In this document: positions 39,016 to 53,600 of the stretch, piece by piece | Layout: each line of letters starts with the position of its first letter | Numbering within the stretch: position 1 is the stretch's first letter | Origin: Eledone cirrhosa | Taxonomy: Eukaryota | NCBI GenBank assembly: GCA_964016885.1 | Contig: OZ024743.1 | Coordinates: 248,001-312,000 of the forward strand | Direction: 5' to 3' | DNA length: 64,000 nt | Made by a program: the position numbers and the translations under genes | The notes under the pieces: model-generated | Told to the model about the DNA's origin: nothing | Database searches by the model: none | What the model saw: only the letters and a program-made list of their open reading frames with translations

Positions 39016-39629
39016 ATTAACTCCGTACTCGCACCACCAACAACACAAACGAAGACGGGTGAGTTGCATTACGTCGAGTGCTCTCCCTAATATTACATCG
39101 AGGTTGACCATACGGAATGACCAGTTCTAGCCAGTGGTGAACCAACAAACCTAAATATATATATATATATTCATAACACACACATGGCATCCATTTTACA
39201 AACAAGTGTACCATATAAATCCATCCATATAAACCATAAAAATCTGCAAATCTACATAATCACATACACAATCATCACCCCCCCCCCCCACACACTACAC
39301 ACAAAGAAACATATACATCACACATGCACACTCCCACACAGACAAATACAAAAGTATGACACGTTACTACCCGAAGGAAAACAAAAAAATGGCCCAAACA
39401 ATAAATTAAAAAGAAAAACTGAATTCATTAAGTACAAAAGATTTTTCTGTTTACTTAATTGAATACACACACTAGGTGTATTTATATATATATAGACATA
39501 TATATGTATATATATATAAATATATGTATATATATATATATATATATATTGTATTATATATTGTATATATATATTGTGTATATATATATTGTATTATTAT
39601 ATATATATATATATTGTATATATATATAC

Positions 39630-39703
<74 letters not shown>

Positions 39704-39713
39704 GTATATATAT

Positions 39714-39757
<44 letters not shown>

Positions 39758-39799
39758 TCAATCATAAATGTGAACACATACATATGTATATATATTGAT

Positions 39800-40430
39800 A
39801 CGTGTAAACCTCCATCCTTGTTCAACCGGTTGGTTTGTATTTGTAACGAACTGTTTGGAAGAAAGAAGCCTCTGTATTTTTGCAACTCAATTTTTACTCC
39901 ACCTTCTCATTTACTTATGTTGACTGTCAGGATTCTACTTAGCGTTAAGAAACGGAGAGGCTTTAAGACAGAGCGGCTCTCGGTTCCATTACGTTGTCTA
40001 GCATTGACACATATTCTGCCAATAAAAATTCCTTTTGACCTCCACGGATACAAATACTTGAACACATCCAGCTGACCCAACCGCGGTTGATCAATCTTCA
40101 GCCTGTTTTCAAGTAGCATTCACTATATTAATGCCTCTGTGTTGTGTCCCTGTTTTGATGGCTCTCCTTCTGTTCGCTTCACAATTGGCTACAGTTCCAT
40201 AGACTATATTAAGTGAACAATTTGCGAACATTTGACTGTCAAGGTCGACTAGCATACACCGAGTGCTCCATGTATATATACGTAATAAGATTGCTCAAGC
40301 TTTCGCCATATGCTACAGATTCCTCATATATCCTCAGAGCAACACGTTACTGCATCATTCTTAAATTGTTAAATTTTCCTTAGTTATTGTTTACGCATTC
40401 ACCACACATTCCCACTCAATCACACACACA
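39800..40430 (-). mobile_element. Highly decayed PLE remnant
   Basis: Minus-strand peptide ends RLNKDGGL, resembling the LNRDxG GIY-YIG terminus; hammerhead-like motif at 40291-40342 with a non-canonical G at the cleavage position. Confidence 0.35.
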
Positions 40431-40448
40431 AATATAAATGTATATATA

Positions 40449-40539
<91 letters not shown>

Positions 40540-40601
40540 AGAGAGAGAGAGAAATTTACAAAATTATTTTTTAAAACATCACTATACAGGAGAGTGGCAA
40601 T

Positions 40602-40662
<61 letters not shown>

Positions 40663-40666
<4 letters not shown>

Positions 40667-41133
40667 TGATATTAAATAAATGGAAGCTATATTTATAAAA
40701 CCATATTTATTCTATTATATATATTTCAAGGGTACCAAAAAGTTTGGTACGCTATCATCAGAAAAAATACAAAATATTTTATAAATATTTGACATGACCA
40801 AGAATGATATACCTTAACGGTTCAAGTTATCCCTCTCCAGGGATAACTTGAATCGTTAAGGTATATCCTCGTTAAGGTATATCCCGTTAAGGTATATCCC
40901 GTTAAGGTATATCCCGTTGGTCATGTCAAATATTTATAAAACATTTTGTATTTTTTCTGATGATAGCCTACCAACATTTTTGGTACTCTTGAAATATATA
41001 TAATAGAATAAATATGGTTTTATAAATATAGTTTCCATTTATTTAATATCAATTGAATATTTACTCCAGAAACATGTCGAGTGCTTTGAATCAGTTATAA
41101 ACATCTATATTTGTTGGATTTCCAACAAATTAA

Positions 41134-41181
<48 letters not shown>

Positions 41182-41247
41182 AGATATTTAATTTGTTGGA
41201 AATCCAACAAATATAGATGTTTATAACTGATTCAAAGCACTCGACAT

Positions 41248-41251
<4 letters not shown>
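40663..41251. mobile_element. Palindromic pLTR unit with hammerheads (40949-41010 +, mirror ~40708-40769 -) and an extra inverted tail (41178-41251)
   Basis: Arms 40663-40834 / 40839-41055; CTGATGA at 40957, GAAATATATATA at 40991; same family as 24098-24395. Confidence 0.8.
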
Positions 41252-41296
<45 letters not shown>

Positions 41297-41411
41297 CATA
41301 TATATATGTGCGTATGTGTGTGTGTCTGTGTCATCTGTGTGTGTCTGTGTTTTCTACCACAAATTCTCTCTACTATAGCTGGCGTCTTTGTTTGTGTGAT
41401 AGGTGTATGAA

Positions 41412-41455
<44 letters not shown>

Positions 41456-41893
41456 TGAGAGAGAGAGAGAGAGGGGGGGGAATAAACAAATAAATAAATA
41501 AAGAAATAAATAAATAGGTTACATACATCCAGTGTAGAGGTGCAACATGTTTTTTAATAACTTTATTAATGTATACTTTGCAGATATCAATTATATTGAT
41601 GAAATTAAAAATCATCGGCATTTTCACGAAACAATAAAAGTTGTGTGAGCTGAGGATTTCCATCTTAATTTTGTTTAAACACAGTTCATGTAATAAATAT
41701 GATTTACGAAAATGTTAGTTGAATAAGATATACAGACAACCAGATATCGAGTGGTTGTTTTGGTACCACCACCAGTAATTCATTGAATCATCTACACTAT
41801 ATATAAGTATATATATATACACACACACTCACATACACACACACATACACCCATACCCCCCGCATGCACAAACATACATACATACACACACAT

Positions 41894-41928
<35 letters not shown>

Positions 41929-42915
41929 AAAGAGATTTTTTCCAATTAAATCCCGCCCGCCCCTCAATCTACCTTATTTCTCAATCTTTCTTCTGAAAAA
42001 AGACTAGCGTCCGAAACGTTAAGACCCTTTTCCTGCTATATCAAGCGTTAACTTAATATATCCCTTCCATATACTGTACCGATTATGTTATTATTTCTGA
42101 TTTATTTACAATGCCACGGTTGGTGATTTTCAATTGAAGTACGCTATATAAAGGAATTCTATGTGTCTGTGTCTGTCTGACCTGTTTTTCTCTCTGTTAT
42201 ATATATATGTGTGATTAAGGAGTTCGGTTTGCAACAAGTGGCTCTGGTTTTAGGCCCTCTGTGCAGTAATAAGAGGACAAGTGTCCTCTAATATAATATC
42301 GAGTTAACCAATTCTTTGCAAAGGTATTTGACAGAGAATGAGCAGATGCCGGTCGTTTCTATATATACATATATACACACCCTCCATACACACATATATG
42401 TAAATATATATATATATAATACAATATGTTGAAAAGGTAACACACGAGAGAGAGATAGTGCGCCATCAATAAACAGGTAAAAGCCACCAGTGTATGGAAT
42501 CTATAACCTACGAAAGGCAGGGTAGACACACGGTAATTAAAAATATAAATTAAAGTGTATATACAAACCTCTATAACTATATAACACACGTACAAATCCA
42601 AAGAGATCTGTTTCGCCAATAATTTGTTGACAGAAACAAATAGCCCATGGTACATCAGTGTGTGTAAGGCTATACATTTCAGACAACTCTAAGAGAATTT
42701 AAAGCGACTGTCCAGCTACACGTGGGAGAGAGAAATCACAGCATGTTTAGGGCAGGGAACCAGTGGTGTCTGAGGGACGAACTGCTAGAAAGGGTAGCCC
42801 CAAACCACTCAGAGGAGTGTGCTCAACCAAACAGAGAGAGAGGAAAGACTGTTATAAGGAGCGAAATATCACGATAGATCAACGGAGCCATATTCTATGG
42901 CTCCGTTAATCTAGA

Positions 42916-42957
<42 letters not shown>

Positions 42958-43480
42958 TATATGTATATATCTATGTATATATATATACATATATATATAC
43001 ATATATATATATACATATATTTAATATATTTATATACACATGCACACACACACACACATATATATACATATATCTATATTTATATATATATATATGTGTG
43101 TGTGTACGGGTGAGTGGGGATATAATGTATATTTCTAATTATTATGGTGTTTTCCTGTGAAAGTTACGTAGCGTCGTCAGAAGTTAAACAAGTTCAAGCA
43201 CTCCACGCTAGCATATATAGTATTGTGATGTCGATTAAACCTGACGGAGGTTTCATATACGAAATAACGTTATGTTTACATAATTGTATTTATTACATTA
43301 TACGTATTTCAATGACATGGTAAGTAGTTATATAATTAGAACCTTAACTACTGATGGCACCAGTGTGACATCATCAGATATTAACACATTTATGTAACGT
43401 GTTTATATTGGTATGTTGATATGTCGCAGCTAATATACACCCTCCTGGTGTATATTCGGCGAATACACACACACACAGAC

Positions 43481-43578
<98 letters not shown>

Positions 43579-43906
43579 CATTTAATACCGTGAAATACAT
43601 ACCACAGCATAACACCAAGTCAACACCAACATGCGCGTAACTTGTCACTAATATACCTAAAACATTCAATAATCACCCCCCACACATGCGCACCACGCAC
43701 GAATTTACTCACACACACCAATCAAATATATCACGAAACTTGCTCGAAATTTTAAACTTAAAAATCTCCGTAAATTTAACCTCTACCTCGCATGTCACAT
43801 ACTATTAATCCTACTCTCATATACGTTTTTCCAATCTGACAAACGCACGCACTTGCACAATCATACAGAAACAAAGAGAAAAATCACTTATAAACAAATA
43901 TATATA

Positions 43907-44592
43907 TCATCATCATCACCGTTTTACGTCCGTTCTTCCACGCTAGCATGGGTTAGACGGGTTGTCCTGTTGTGGGCAGTGTCTGGTCGGCTGACCATGC
44001 CTTGCTCATACAGGAACTGATCTGGCTTGATTTCTACAGCTGGATGCCCTTCCTAACACCAACCTCATTTACAGTGAGTGCTGGGTGCTTTTTCGTGGCG
44101 CCTACACGTCCACTTTACAGTGTGGGCTGGGTGCTTTTTTGCCGTGGCACCTCCACGACCACCTTGCGGTGGGGGGGGGGGGGCATATTGTTTATATGCT
44201 TCAGCATGTACCCATGGGAGGTCGGGTACCCTGTATTACTGCGTGACGCCAGAAGTCACGGTCGTGTGTCATTGACTTTGAGAGGTGTAGTTGGGTAAGG
44301 TCGGCTTTTATCACCTCATCCCAAGTCATCTTGGGTCTCCCCACTCCGCGGTTTCCATCAGCTTCTAGTGCTCTGCACCTTTTTATGCAGCTGTCATCCT
44401 TCATACGCATCACATGTCCATACCAGCGTAACCGCCTCTCCTGCACGCAGCATTTGATTCCTCTTATGCTCAGTCTCTCTCTCAATTCCTTTATGCTTTG
44501 TCGTTCACGTATATTACTGTTACACATCCATCGGAGCATGCAGGCTTCGTTTCTCTCTAATCTACGTAAGTCTTCCACCTTCAGCGGAAGAC
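43907..44592 (-). mobile_element. 5'-truncated RTE-like LINE (C-terminus + 3' UTR + (TGA)n tail)
   Basis: MLRWMC...RRLRWYGHVMRM...GRPKMTWDEVIKADL...DRDFWR; CATCATCATCA at 43907. Confidence 0.85.
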
Positions 44593-45687
44593 TTATATAT
44601 ATATAAATATTCACATTCCCGCGAATACGCATACACACACACAACCGCTTATGCATACATACATGCGTGCATAAACACACAAACACACACACACACAGAA
44701 TCGTGCACACACGTCTTAATTACACAATGTCATGTAGACACAGATCTGAGACGAACAATCTGACATCTCAACCTGTGTCTTCTTTGACAAGCTACAACCT
44801 GCTCACCTCTTAACATTTACAAAACCTTCTTCTTAACCAAAGTATTGTTCGTTAGACATTCACTCAAGTTAAACATGAATCTTTTTAGTAATCTTATCCT
44901 CCCAACTTGTCTTCGCTATTGTAGTGAGAGGTCAGTATCTATTTTCACATAGGATCACACGAGTTATCATGGCAAAGTTTCTTATGCCAGACATTTCAAA
45001 AATATTCTGCCGTACCTTGTAAGGTCCTACGTTTCGTAGTGAGATTTTGAGACGAATTGGAAAATGTACCGATGCATGTTTATTCCCCTGCAGCCAGATG
45101 CAATACATGCGCCCACATATGTTTTTAAACAATATTAATATTCACCTATTTTACAAAATGAACTTTTCAAAAGCTGAAGCGTTCCGAAACATTTTTGGCC
45201 TCTTGTTCTGTATACCATATATAATGGATTACTAGAATCATTAGAGTGTCCGACAAGATGCCTTGCGTTATATATATCGAACTTTTATATTCAGAGTTCA
45301 CATTCCACCGAAGTCAACTTTATGTTCTATCCTCTGAAGTCGATAAAATATAGCACTAACCACGTACCGGGATTCAATTAATCGACTTTCCCCAAATTGT
45401 TTAAATTAGAAGCCAATTATTGCTTCAAGACAGGAATGGTGGATCGGCAGAGAAGTTGACTATTGTATTTCGGCACGCCTCTTTATGTTCTGTGTTTAAA
45501 TCTCGCCGGAAATTTGAATTATTCCTTTCCTTTTTCAGAACATCGACAAAATATATTCGACTGTTCTCCCAATTCACTCCCCTCTTTTCCATAATTCATG
45601 GCCATGGATCTGGAAGAAAATATTCTACTCTAACCGAGCAATTTTACGTCGAAAAATGACAATTGAGAAAGGGCACTTGCTTTATAA

Positions 45688-45905
45688 GGACGGTGGATTG
45701 GCAGTATCAGAAGAGCGTCGGACAAATTACTTTATGCATACAGTTACGACTCTTTACGTTCTGAGTTCAAATCCCGCCGAGGTTAGCTATACCCTTCATC
45801 CTTACGGAGTCGATAAAATATAATACCAGTGACGCACTGGAGTCGATTAAGTCGACTTTCCCCTCCCCTTCAAATTGCTGGCCTTGTATCAAAAATAGAA
45901 AGAAT
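45688..45905 (+). mobile_element. tRNA-derived SINE, near full length (more decayed copies at ~45230-45540)
   Basis: GACGGTGGATTGGCAG...GAGTTCAAATCCCGCCGAGG...AATTGCTGGCCTTGTATCAAAA. Confidence 0.75.
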
Positions 45906-46508
45906 TATTATAGATACTGCTGATGTAGTTTTTATTGTTATTCTAGAGATTGTGACAGATGGTCTTCTTTCTTTTATCAATCTTAAGATTTATTGCTCTT
46001 CTAAGTCGTTACTAGTAGTTATTACTGGTGTTATTGTTTAATATAGTGCAAAGTAGTGACAGTGGCGGTGGTAATGACTTGCCTGAATGTGTGTGTCAGT
46101 GTATGTGGTGTGTGAAGTATGTAATGGTAGTAGTGGAGGTGTTATCTAATCTTCTATTTACTCTTCTCCCGCTGGTCTCCTGTACTTTTAACTTCATCTC
46201 AATTATCCTAATACTGGAGAGCTTTTTACAGCAGGATTTTATTTAAACAAGGGAAAATATTTCTCTGTCCTTTTCTACACATATATGAGGATTGGCACGT
46301 ACACATTCAATCATTATCAACACCACCTCCTACACACACCATTTCAACACATACACTCCACACTCTCCTTTCTTTCTCATTTTCTTTTTCTCCCCTGTCT
46401 CTATCACTCTTTCTCTCACTATCTCTCTCTCTTCCTCTATCCCCCCACTTTCTCTCTTTCTCTCTCTCCCTATATATATATATATATATGTGTGTGTGTA
46501 TGCGTGTT

Positions 46509-46574
<66 letters not shown>

Positions 46575-46595
46575 ATATATATATATTTATACATA

Positions 46596-46652
<57 letters not shown>

Positions 46653-46660
46653 GCATAGTA

Positions 46661-46704
<44 letters not shown>

Positions 46705-46954
46705 AGACAAACACATATAACAACGCACACGTACTCATATGCATACACACACACATACACACGCGCGCATATACATATATATGAGCCTGCGGCTGGAAAC
46801 TGCCTGCAAAAACCATACTTCCAGTGAAACTTCCCTAGTGAATCCACAGCTGTGGATTCACTGCTTGGAGCCGGCCCAACTCATACTGGGTGTACGCAGA
46901 CATATTTGCACACACGCGTGTGTGTCTGTGTACGTATTTGTCTATAAGAGAGAG

Positions 46955-46998
<44 letters not shown>

Positions 46999-47343
46999 TG
47001 TGTGTGTGTGTGTGTGTACGTGAGTGAGAGGGAGAGAATGTGTGTGTGTGTGTGTGAGTGTGATTACGTGTGCATGTATGTGTGTATGTATGTATGTTAT
47101 TGTGTGAATATGAAAGTATGTCAGGCGAATACATTACTTGGTTGACAGAGCTAGATTCTGATATAAGATACAAGACACTAGACAAGGTACGTTATAGTTT
47201 CGAGCGCTTTAAAGATCGTTCACCTAAAAGAACACACACAAGGAAGAAAGTCTTTGTCATGACGCCATACATCTTTAGTTTCTAACGAATAAACTCCACT
47301 ACACGTACTGAATCCTTTTTTCTTCCTGTTTACACACAGACAA

Positions 47344-47410
<67 letters not shown>

Positions 47411-47658
47411 AACGCACATAAAGACACACACAAATACACAGCTACACAAACGCACAAAACGACACACACGCAAACACATAAAGACGCACACATACAAACA
47501 CGCAAGCACACACAGACATATACAGGTGCACCAACAAAATAAAGGGCACTGAATGCGCCTTGTAAAATATATATGTGTTCTAGGTGAACAATGAAAAACT
47601 GCAATCACACATGCACACATACACATACACATACGCACTCAGAAACATATACAGACAG

Positions 47659-47711
<53 letters not shown>

Positions 47712-47717
<6 letters not shown>

Positions 47718-48193
47718 TAAACGGAATAGAAAATGCTGACAAATTGTTCACAGTTGAAAAATGGTTTAATTAGGAATAAAAGAGTATTAGTGATTGTATG
47801 GGTTAGTATTCAGTTGTGGTTTAAAGTTTTTAAGTTTTTACCGGTTGCGCATTTCTAAATGCTTTTCAAAAATAATTTTGAGATAGAGTGTCCGTGCTGT
47901 TTGCTCTGATCTGATTAGTTTTGGGAATTCTACCTGTTTTTATGTTAAAAAAATGGCTCCAGCGTTATTTTAGTGTTGCAAAAATGCTTGTGGTCAAAAC
48001 AATTTTGATTGGTCGGTAGAGGTCATGTGAATGTAAAAAGTTGATTTTGCGCCAAGACTGTTTTTATGTTAAAATGTTAGAAAAGTGGCTCCAGCAAAAA
48101 TTATGGTCAAAACAATTTTGATTGGTCGGTAGAGGTCATGTGGATAAAAAATTGGTTTTGCGCCAAGATTGAGAAATGACTCTTTCACAACAA

Positions 48194-48283
<90 letters not shown>

Positions 48284-48575
48284 TAGTAGTAGTAAGGTGT
48301 TCGATGCTGAGTGAACACATTGATACCTGCGCCGCCCAAAATCATCCCAACTTCAGAATCTTTCCCCTCTACAAATTTAAAGATAATGCCACCCACACCC
48401 AGCGCATCAGCAAGGAATCTTACTTCATTAACAAATACGGACCCCGTCTAAACACTTCTCCCTAAGACGAACCCACAACATACACACGTCAACATACATA
48501 CCTACATCAGCACACATCTCTACCCACATATAAACACAATGACACACGTAAACACACATGCTCTATGGTGCAATA

Positions 48576-48612
<37 letters not shown>

Positions 48613-48632
48613 TGTGCATATATATGTATGTA

Positions 48633-48669
<37 letters not shown>

Positions 48670-48672
48670 AAA

Positions 48673-48719
<47 letters not shown>

Positions 48720-49006
48720 GTGAATATCATTTCACACCTTTTATTGTTAAGATTGTTGATGTTCTATTAAGAGAACCGATTTTACTGAAAAAATCGAATA
48801 ATGTACACCATTTTACCAGGGGGGAAAAAAATACTGGTCCACCCACGCACGCACACACACACACACACACATATATACACAAACACATACACACGCGTAC
48901 ATCAACATACAAAGAGACTTATACACACACACACACGCACTTCTCCGTATAAGACAAAAGCTGAAAAATATCTTTTGACCTTCGAATGACTCTGCTGTGT
49001 GTATGT

Positions 49007-49040
<34 letters not shown>

Positions 49041-49109
49041 ATCTTAATAGCCATTTGACACACATCGCTGGTGGCTATTGTCGCAGCATCGAACACCTTA
49101 CTACTACTA

Positions 49110-49181
<72 letters not shown>

Positions 49182-49665
49182 TTGTTGTGAAAGAGTCATT
49201 TCTCAATCTTGGCGCAAAACCAATTTTTTATCCACATGACCTCTACCGACCAATCAAAATTGTTTTGACCATAATTTTTGCTGGAGCCACTTTTCTAACA
49301 TTTTAACATAAAAACAGTCTTGGCGCAAAATCAACTTTTTACATTCACATGACCTCTACCGACCAATCAAAATTGTTTTGACCACAAGCATTTTTGCAAC
49401 ACTAAAATAACGCTGGAGCCATTTTTTTAACATAAAAACAGGTAGAATTCCCAAAACTAATCAGATCAGAGCAAACAGCACGGACACTCTATCTCAAAAT
49501 TATTTTTGAAAAGCATTTAGAAATGCGCAACCGGTAAAAACTTAAAAACTTTAAACCACAACTGAATACTAACCCATACAATCACTAATACTCTTTTATT
49601 CCTAATTAAACCATTTTTCAACTGTGAACAATTTGTCAGCATTTTCTATTCCGTTTACCAATATA
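47712..49665 (+). mobile_element. PLE 3' fragment with ~590-bp inverted pLTR (47712-48309 / 49084-49665)
   Basis: Arms appear identical apart from (CA)n length. The spacer starts with the GIY-YIG-like C-terminus LSEHIDTC...FRIFPL...RISKESYFINKYGPRLN*. Confidence 0.8.
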
Positions 49666-49696
49666 TAATAACTTGTGTGTTACACCTCTATTCTTT

Positions 49697-49732
<36 letters not shown>

Positions 49733-49741
49733 CATATATGT

Positions 49742-50032
49742 ATACAATTGTAACGTCCAGTATTCGCGGGAGTTACGTTCCAAGAGCACTCGCGAAGGGT
49801 GAAAAACCGCGAATATTGGACATGGTCCATAGAAATGTCTATAAATGTTAAAATATGGCGTAAAATATAATAAAAAGAAGAAGCGTCCAATAGGCCGGCA
49901 AATACGGTATATTGTTATTAATAATTTAGCGCTAAAAATGTATATATATTGCCACAAAAAAGCCTTTTATTAGTCAGGTTCTAAGGAAAATTCCGCGAAT
50001 AACCGGGACCGTGAATGCCGGGGGTACACTCT
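49742..50032. mobile_element. Tigger/pogo-like MITE (inverted homologue of 2988-3325)
   Basis: Shared internal blocks GCGTCCAATAGGCCGGCA and TTCCGCGAATAAC; TATTCGCGG in the TIRs. Confidence 0.65.
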
Positions 50033-50467
50033 ATATATATATATATATATATATGTGTGTATGTGTCTTTGACCAATAAAAACAGAAGCCCGGTATAGGT
50101 AGAGAGTTAGGTCATTGCTCTACGATCGTTTCAGAGGGTTGATCGATCAATGGAGATCGATGTATCGACGAGCATAATAGAGGTTAAGTTACTACTTATT
50201 TCTAGTCTCGAAAACCCTGTTCAATCGGCCGTCCTCCTCAGAAACACTAAACTTACATATATAACTTCACGTGAAATAACAGTAGTTATGTAAAGCGAGC
50301 TGAACTGAATCTCGATTGAAATAAATCGTGTCATCTATGTCATCGACCCTGGAAGGCTGAAAGGACTTATATGGGATTTGAACTCTGAATGCAAAGGGTC
50401 GTAATTAAATAGTGCACAGCATTTGTTTGCCATTTTATCAATCTTGTTAACTCACCACCTCAAATGA

Positions 50468-50642
50468 TGGTTTCTAATTTAGGCCAGCAAATTAGGGTAA
50501 TAGGAAAATCGATTACGTCGACCCATTATTTGCTTGGTATTTGAACTTATCGACCCTCCTGAAGGATTAAAGATAAAGTTGACCTCGGCAGTATTCGAAC
50601 TCAGAACGTAAATACACTTAACGATCCTGTCACTCCACCGTC
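50468..50642 (-). mobile_element. tRNA-derived SINE (further fragment at ~50330-50460)
   Basis: AAAGTTGACCTCGGCAGTATTCGAACTCAGAACGTAAA. Confidence 0.65.
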
Positions 50643-53600
50643 CTAAATAATAATAAATACTCACATGCCATAATTACTATATCAGCAGATGACTAACGTC
50701 ATAAAATGGCAGTAAAGTAAATAGTATGGTGAAATTGGCGCGGAAATGCTAAACGTTATTCTACAGAAGAGCCGATAGCAATCGAATGTTTTGTTACAAC
50801 AAGCCTGGGCGCCACGTTGCGATAAAGGTGTCAAAAAGTATACATAATTGATGATTATATATAATTAAAGCTTTGAGGACGGTCAGTCTGAAACGATTTA
50901 TCTGCCAAAGCACAAATACAATAACAAAAAAAAAAGAAAAGCAAATGAGGAGATAAATGAATAAAATGTCAAGTTTAATATGAACATTTATTTACAAATG
51001 GTGGACATGTACTGGGTGAGTGTGTAGCGTTAGGTATTGGACTATCAGCTTATGTGTGATTAAATTAAAAATTCGATTCATGTAAAACGTTTCGTAATTG
51101 CTTCAGTCCAGTTAACTGTCGAGAAGTAATTAAACACTTTCGTTCTACCCCCGTCACCTTCTTCCATGTGCTGACGCAAAACTCACACACTGGTGTCTAT
51201 AAAAAGAATAAATAAGAGCCACCATATGGTCTGTTGATCAGCAAGAAATAACAGCCAGATCCCTCTCTAATCATATCATGCCGTCTTATTTAAAGGGCAC
51301 ATCAGATTATGTAGTCTTGAAAAAAGAGGGTCGATATTGACATGTATTTGATAATTGATCTGGTCAATCGTAGCTGACCTAGGGCCTTGCTAACATCAAT
51401 AGGAGTCCTTATGAGGTCACCTGATTTGCTAGAAAAAACAGCTGAATATCCATCAATTACATCCAACAAATTTAAGAAAGAAAGGACACACATAAACATT
51501 CATTATTGCGTCTGTTCTCTATCTGGAAAAGATGGGAAAGTCACAGTCTTTTCATTCAGCGCTAACAAAGTCTTAAACAAATACAAGGAAAACAGACGTT
51601 GCAAACAGCAGAAGACATTAGTTTACCCTTAGAGAATATATGATTTGTACTTCTGCCAGCTTCAGGAATAACCTCGCGGAGCTCCTTCTACAGACGTGCT
51701 GCTGACGTTTCGATCTTGCGAAGGAGCTCGGTAGTACGGGGTGCAAGTACGACTGAGGTTTCGACGGCGACCGGTATTTGTTTATCTTCCTTCCCTCTGA
51801 ATTGCAGGCCGCAGTTCGCAGATTTGTGGCCGAAGCGACTGAGTTGGAGGCGGCGAACGTGTCACAACATGGTATTTGTGGTATTTGCTCTACCTATTTG
51901 TGTTCTGAGTACTTGGGTGGTAGATATAATCCATTGTACGGTTTAACATTACCTCCTACGCAACGTTATCATTTTATTATTTTATTTATAGTTTCTCTCA
52001 GTTGACTGTGACCATGCTGGGACACCGTTTTGAAGGATTTAAGTCGATCGTATCGACCGAGTATTTACCATAAAATTACACTTACAGTACCATGTTTTTT
52101 TTTATCATGCCATGAATTAACGTATTTCTTTTCAATTTCGTATAGAATGTAAAAAAAAAAGAAAGAAAATACAGCTGTTGCTCTACAAAAACGTGTGACA
52201 CGTTGGATTAAGTATAGGTCTTATTCTGGTTTAAACTCTGTTTGTTGATATAGGGTAGTAATATTAGTAGTTCACTCTGTATAAGAGAAAGTTTCAAGCT
52301 TTGTTCTAAAGCAATTTTGAATATTACTGTCTATCGAAATAACATGCGAGTCTAACTACTAACATTTTAGTGAGCAAACATTTTATTATAGCAACTTATT
52401 ACATTGAGTTGAGTCATTGTAATTTTTGTTGCAGACTAGTTTCAGAATCATTAGGGCTTCGAATAGAATGCTTTGCAATATTAGTTCCGGGTCTCTGCGC
52501 TCAAGAGACGGAGAGTTGAGTGGGTGAGTGTGCCAAGTTTAAATCCTGTCGACGTCAACTTTGCCTTTTTGTACTAGAAAGATTGTCTGTGATTCGGTTA
52601 TGGAGAGGGGTGAGGTCTGTCATGATGGCATCCATACAATGGATTCATCAGGAGTCGAATGCCCAAGGAAGGAATTGCCAAACCCCTCTACTTTCTATTA
52701 TAGTTCCATTTACAGTCAAGATGTATTTCAAGAATACACATTTACTCCAGCACTTGAAAGATATTTTAATTCACCGACCCCGGAAAAGGAAATACGAAAT
52801 TGACTTTGGTGAGATGCGGATATTATGTGTTTTATAAACGTACCGCCTAGATAGGAATGGTTTCAAGTTTACCGAAGCTGAATGACACTTAGCCAGTTCG
52901 AAATCATGATCCCTCGGTTGGTAGATCTCGTTTGTTCTCTTCAGAGGTTATAAAAATTATTGTAGTGTAAGGCTAGATACACTCCTTATGTAGAGTTAAT
53001 TTAGATCGTCTATGTTGATTTACGTATTTTTCTAATAATAATTATATAACTAATTATAGTAATAGAACATTTTTCGACCTGATATGTTAGATTAGGTAGG
53101 ATAATTAATTATCTGGGCAGGAAAGATAATCTAGATTATACATAATCATGTTGGGTTAATAAACGAGTAGAGCTATATTCTTAGTTAAATGCCTCTTCTA
53201 AATTGCACGTGCAAGCATGCAATTCGAACCATATGCGTGGTAATTAGATCGAATAGTCTATATAATCTATTAATTAGTTAGGGTAAAATATCTGATGAGA
53301 TAACATAACCAGATAAATTATTTCAACTAATTATATGGTAGAATTATATCATTGCCTAATTATTTGAGGCAATTACTTGTAATCCGAATCTTAGGTCGAC
53401 TAGTGAAAACTGTTAATTTATTTTGGGTAAATAGCAATAGAATAGCGAGCTGGAATAACGTTGATAATGTTATGAACAGATCTTAAGAAACAAATAAAAT
53501 AAAATAAAATAAAATAAAATAAAATAAAATAAAACAAAATAACAAATATACACAAAAGGAAACTGGGGCCGGCAGCTATGAACTGCCTGCTTTTTTTTTT

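Noticed and set aside
45690-45790. tRNA genes
   Set aside because: GTTCAAATCC B-boxes belong to SINE heads; no complete cloverleaf could be folded.
50115-50245. Two further hammerhead-like remnants on the minus strand
   Set aside because: One lacks the CUGANGA half and the other has GAGAC and a poorly paired stem II; too degenerate to call.
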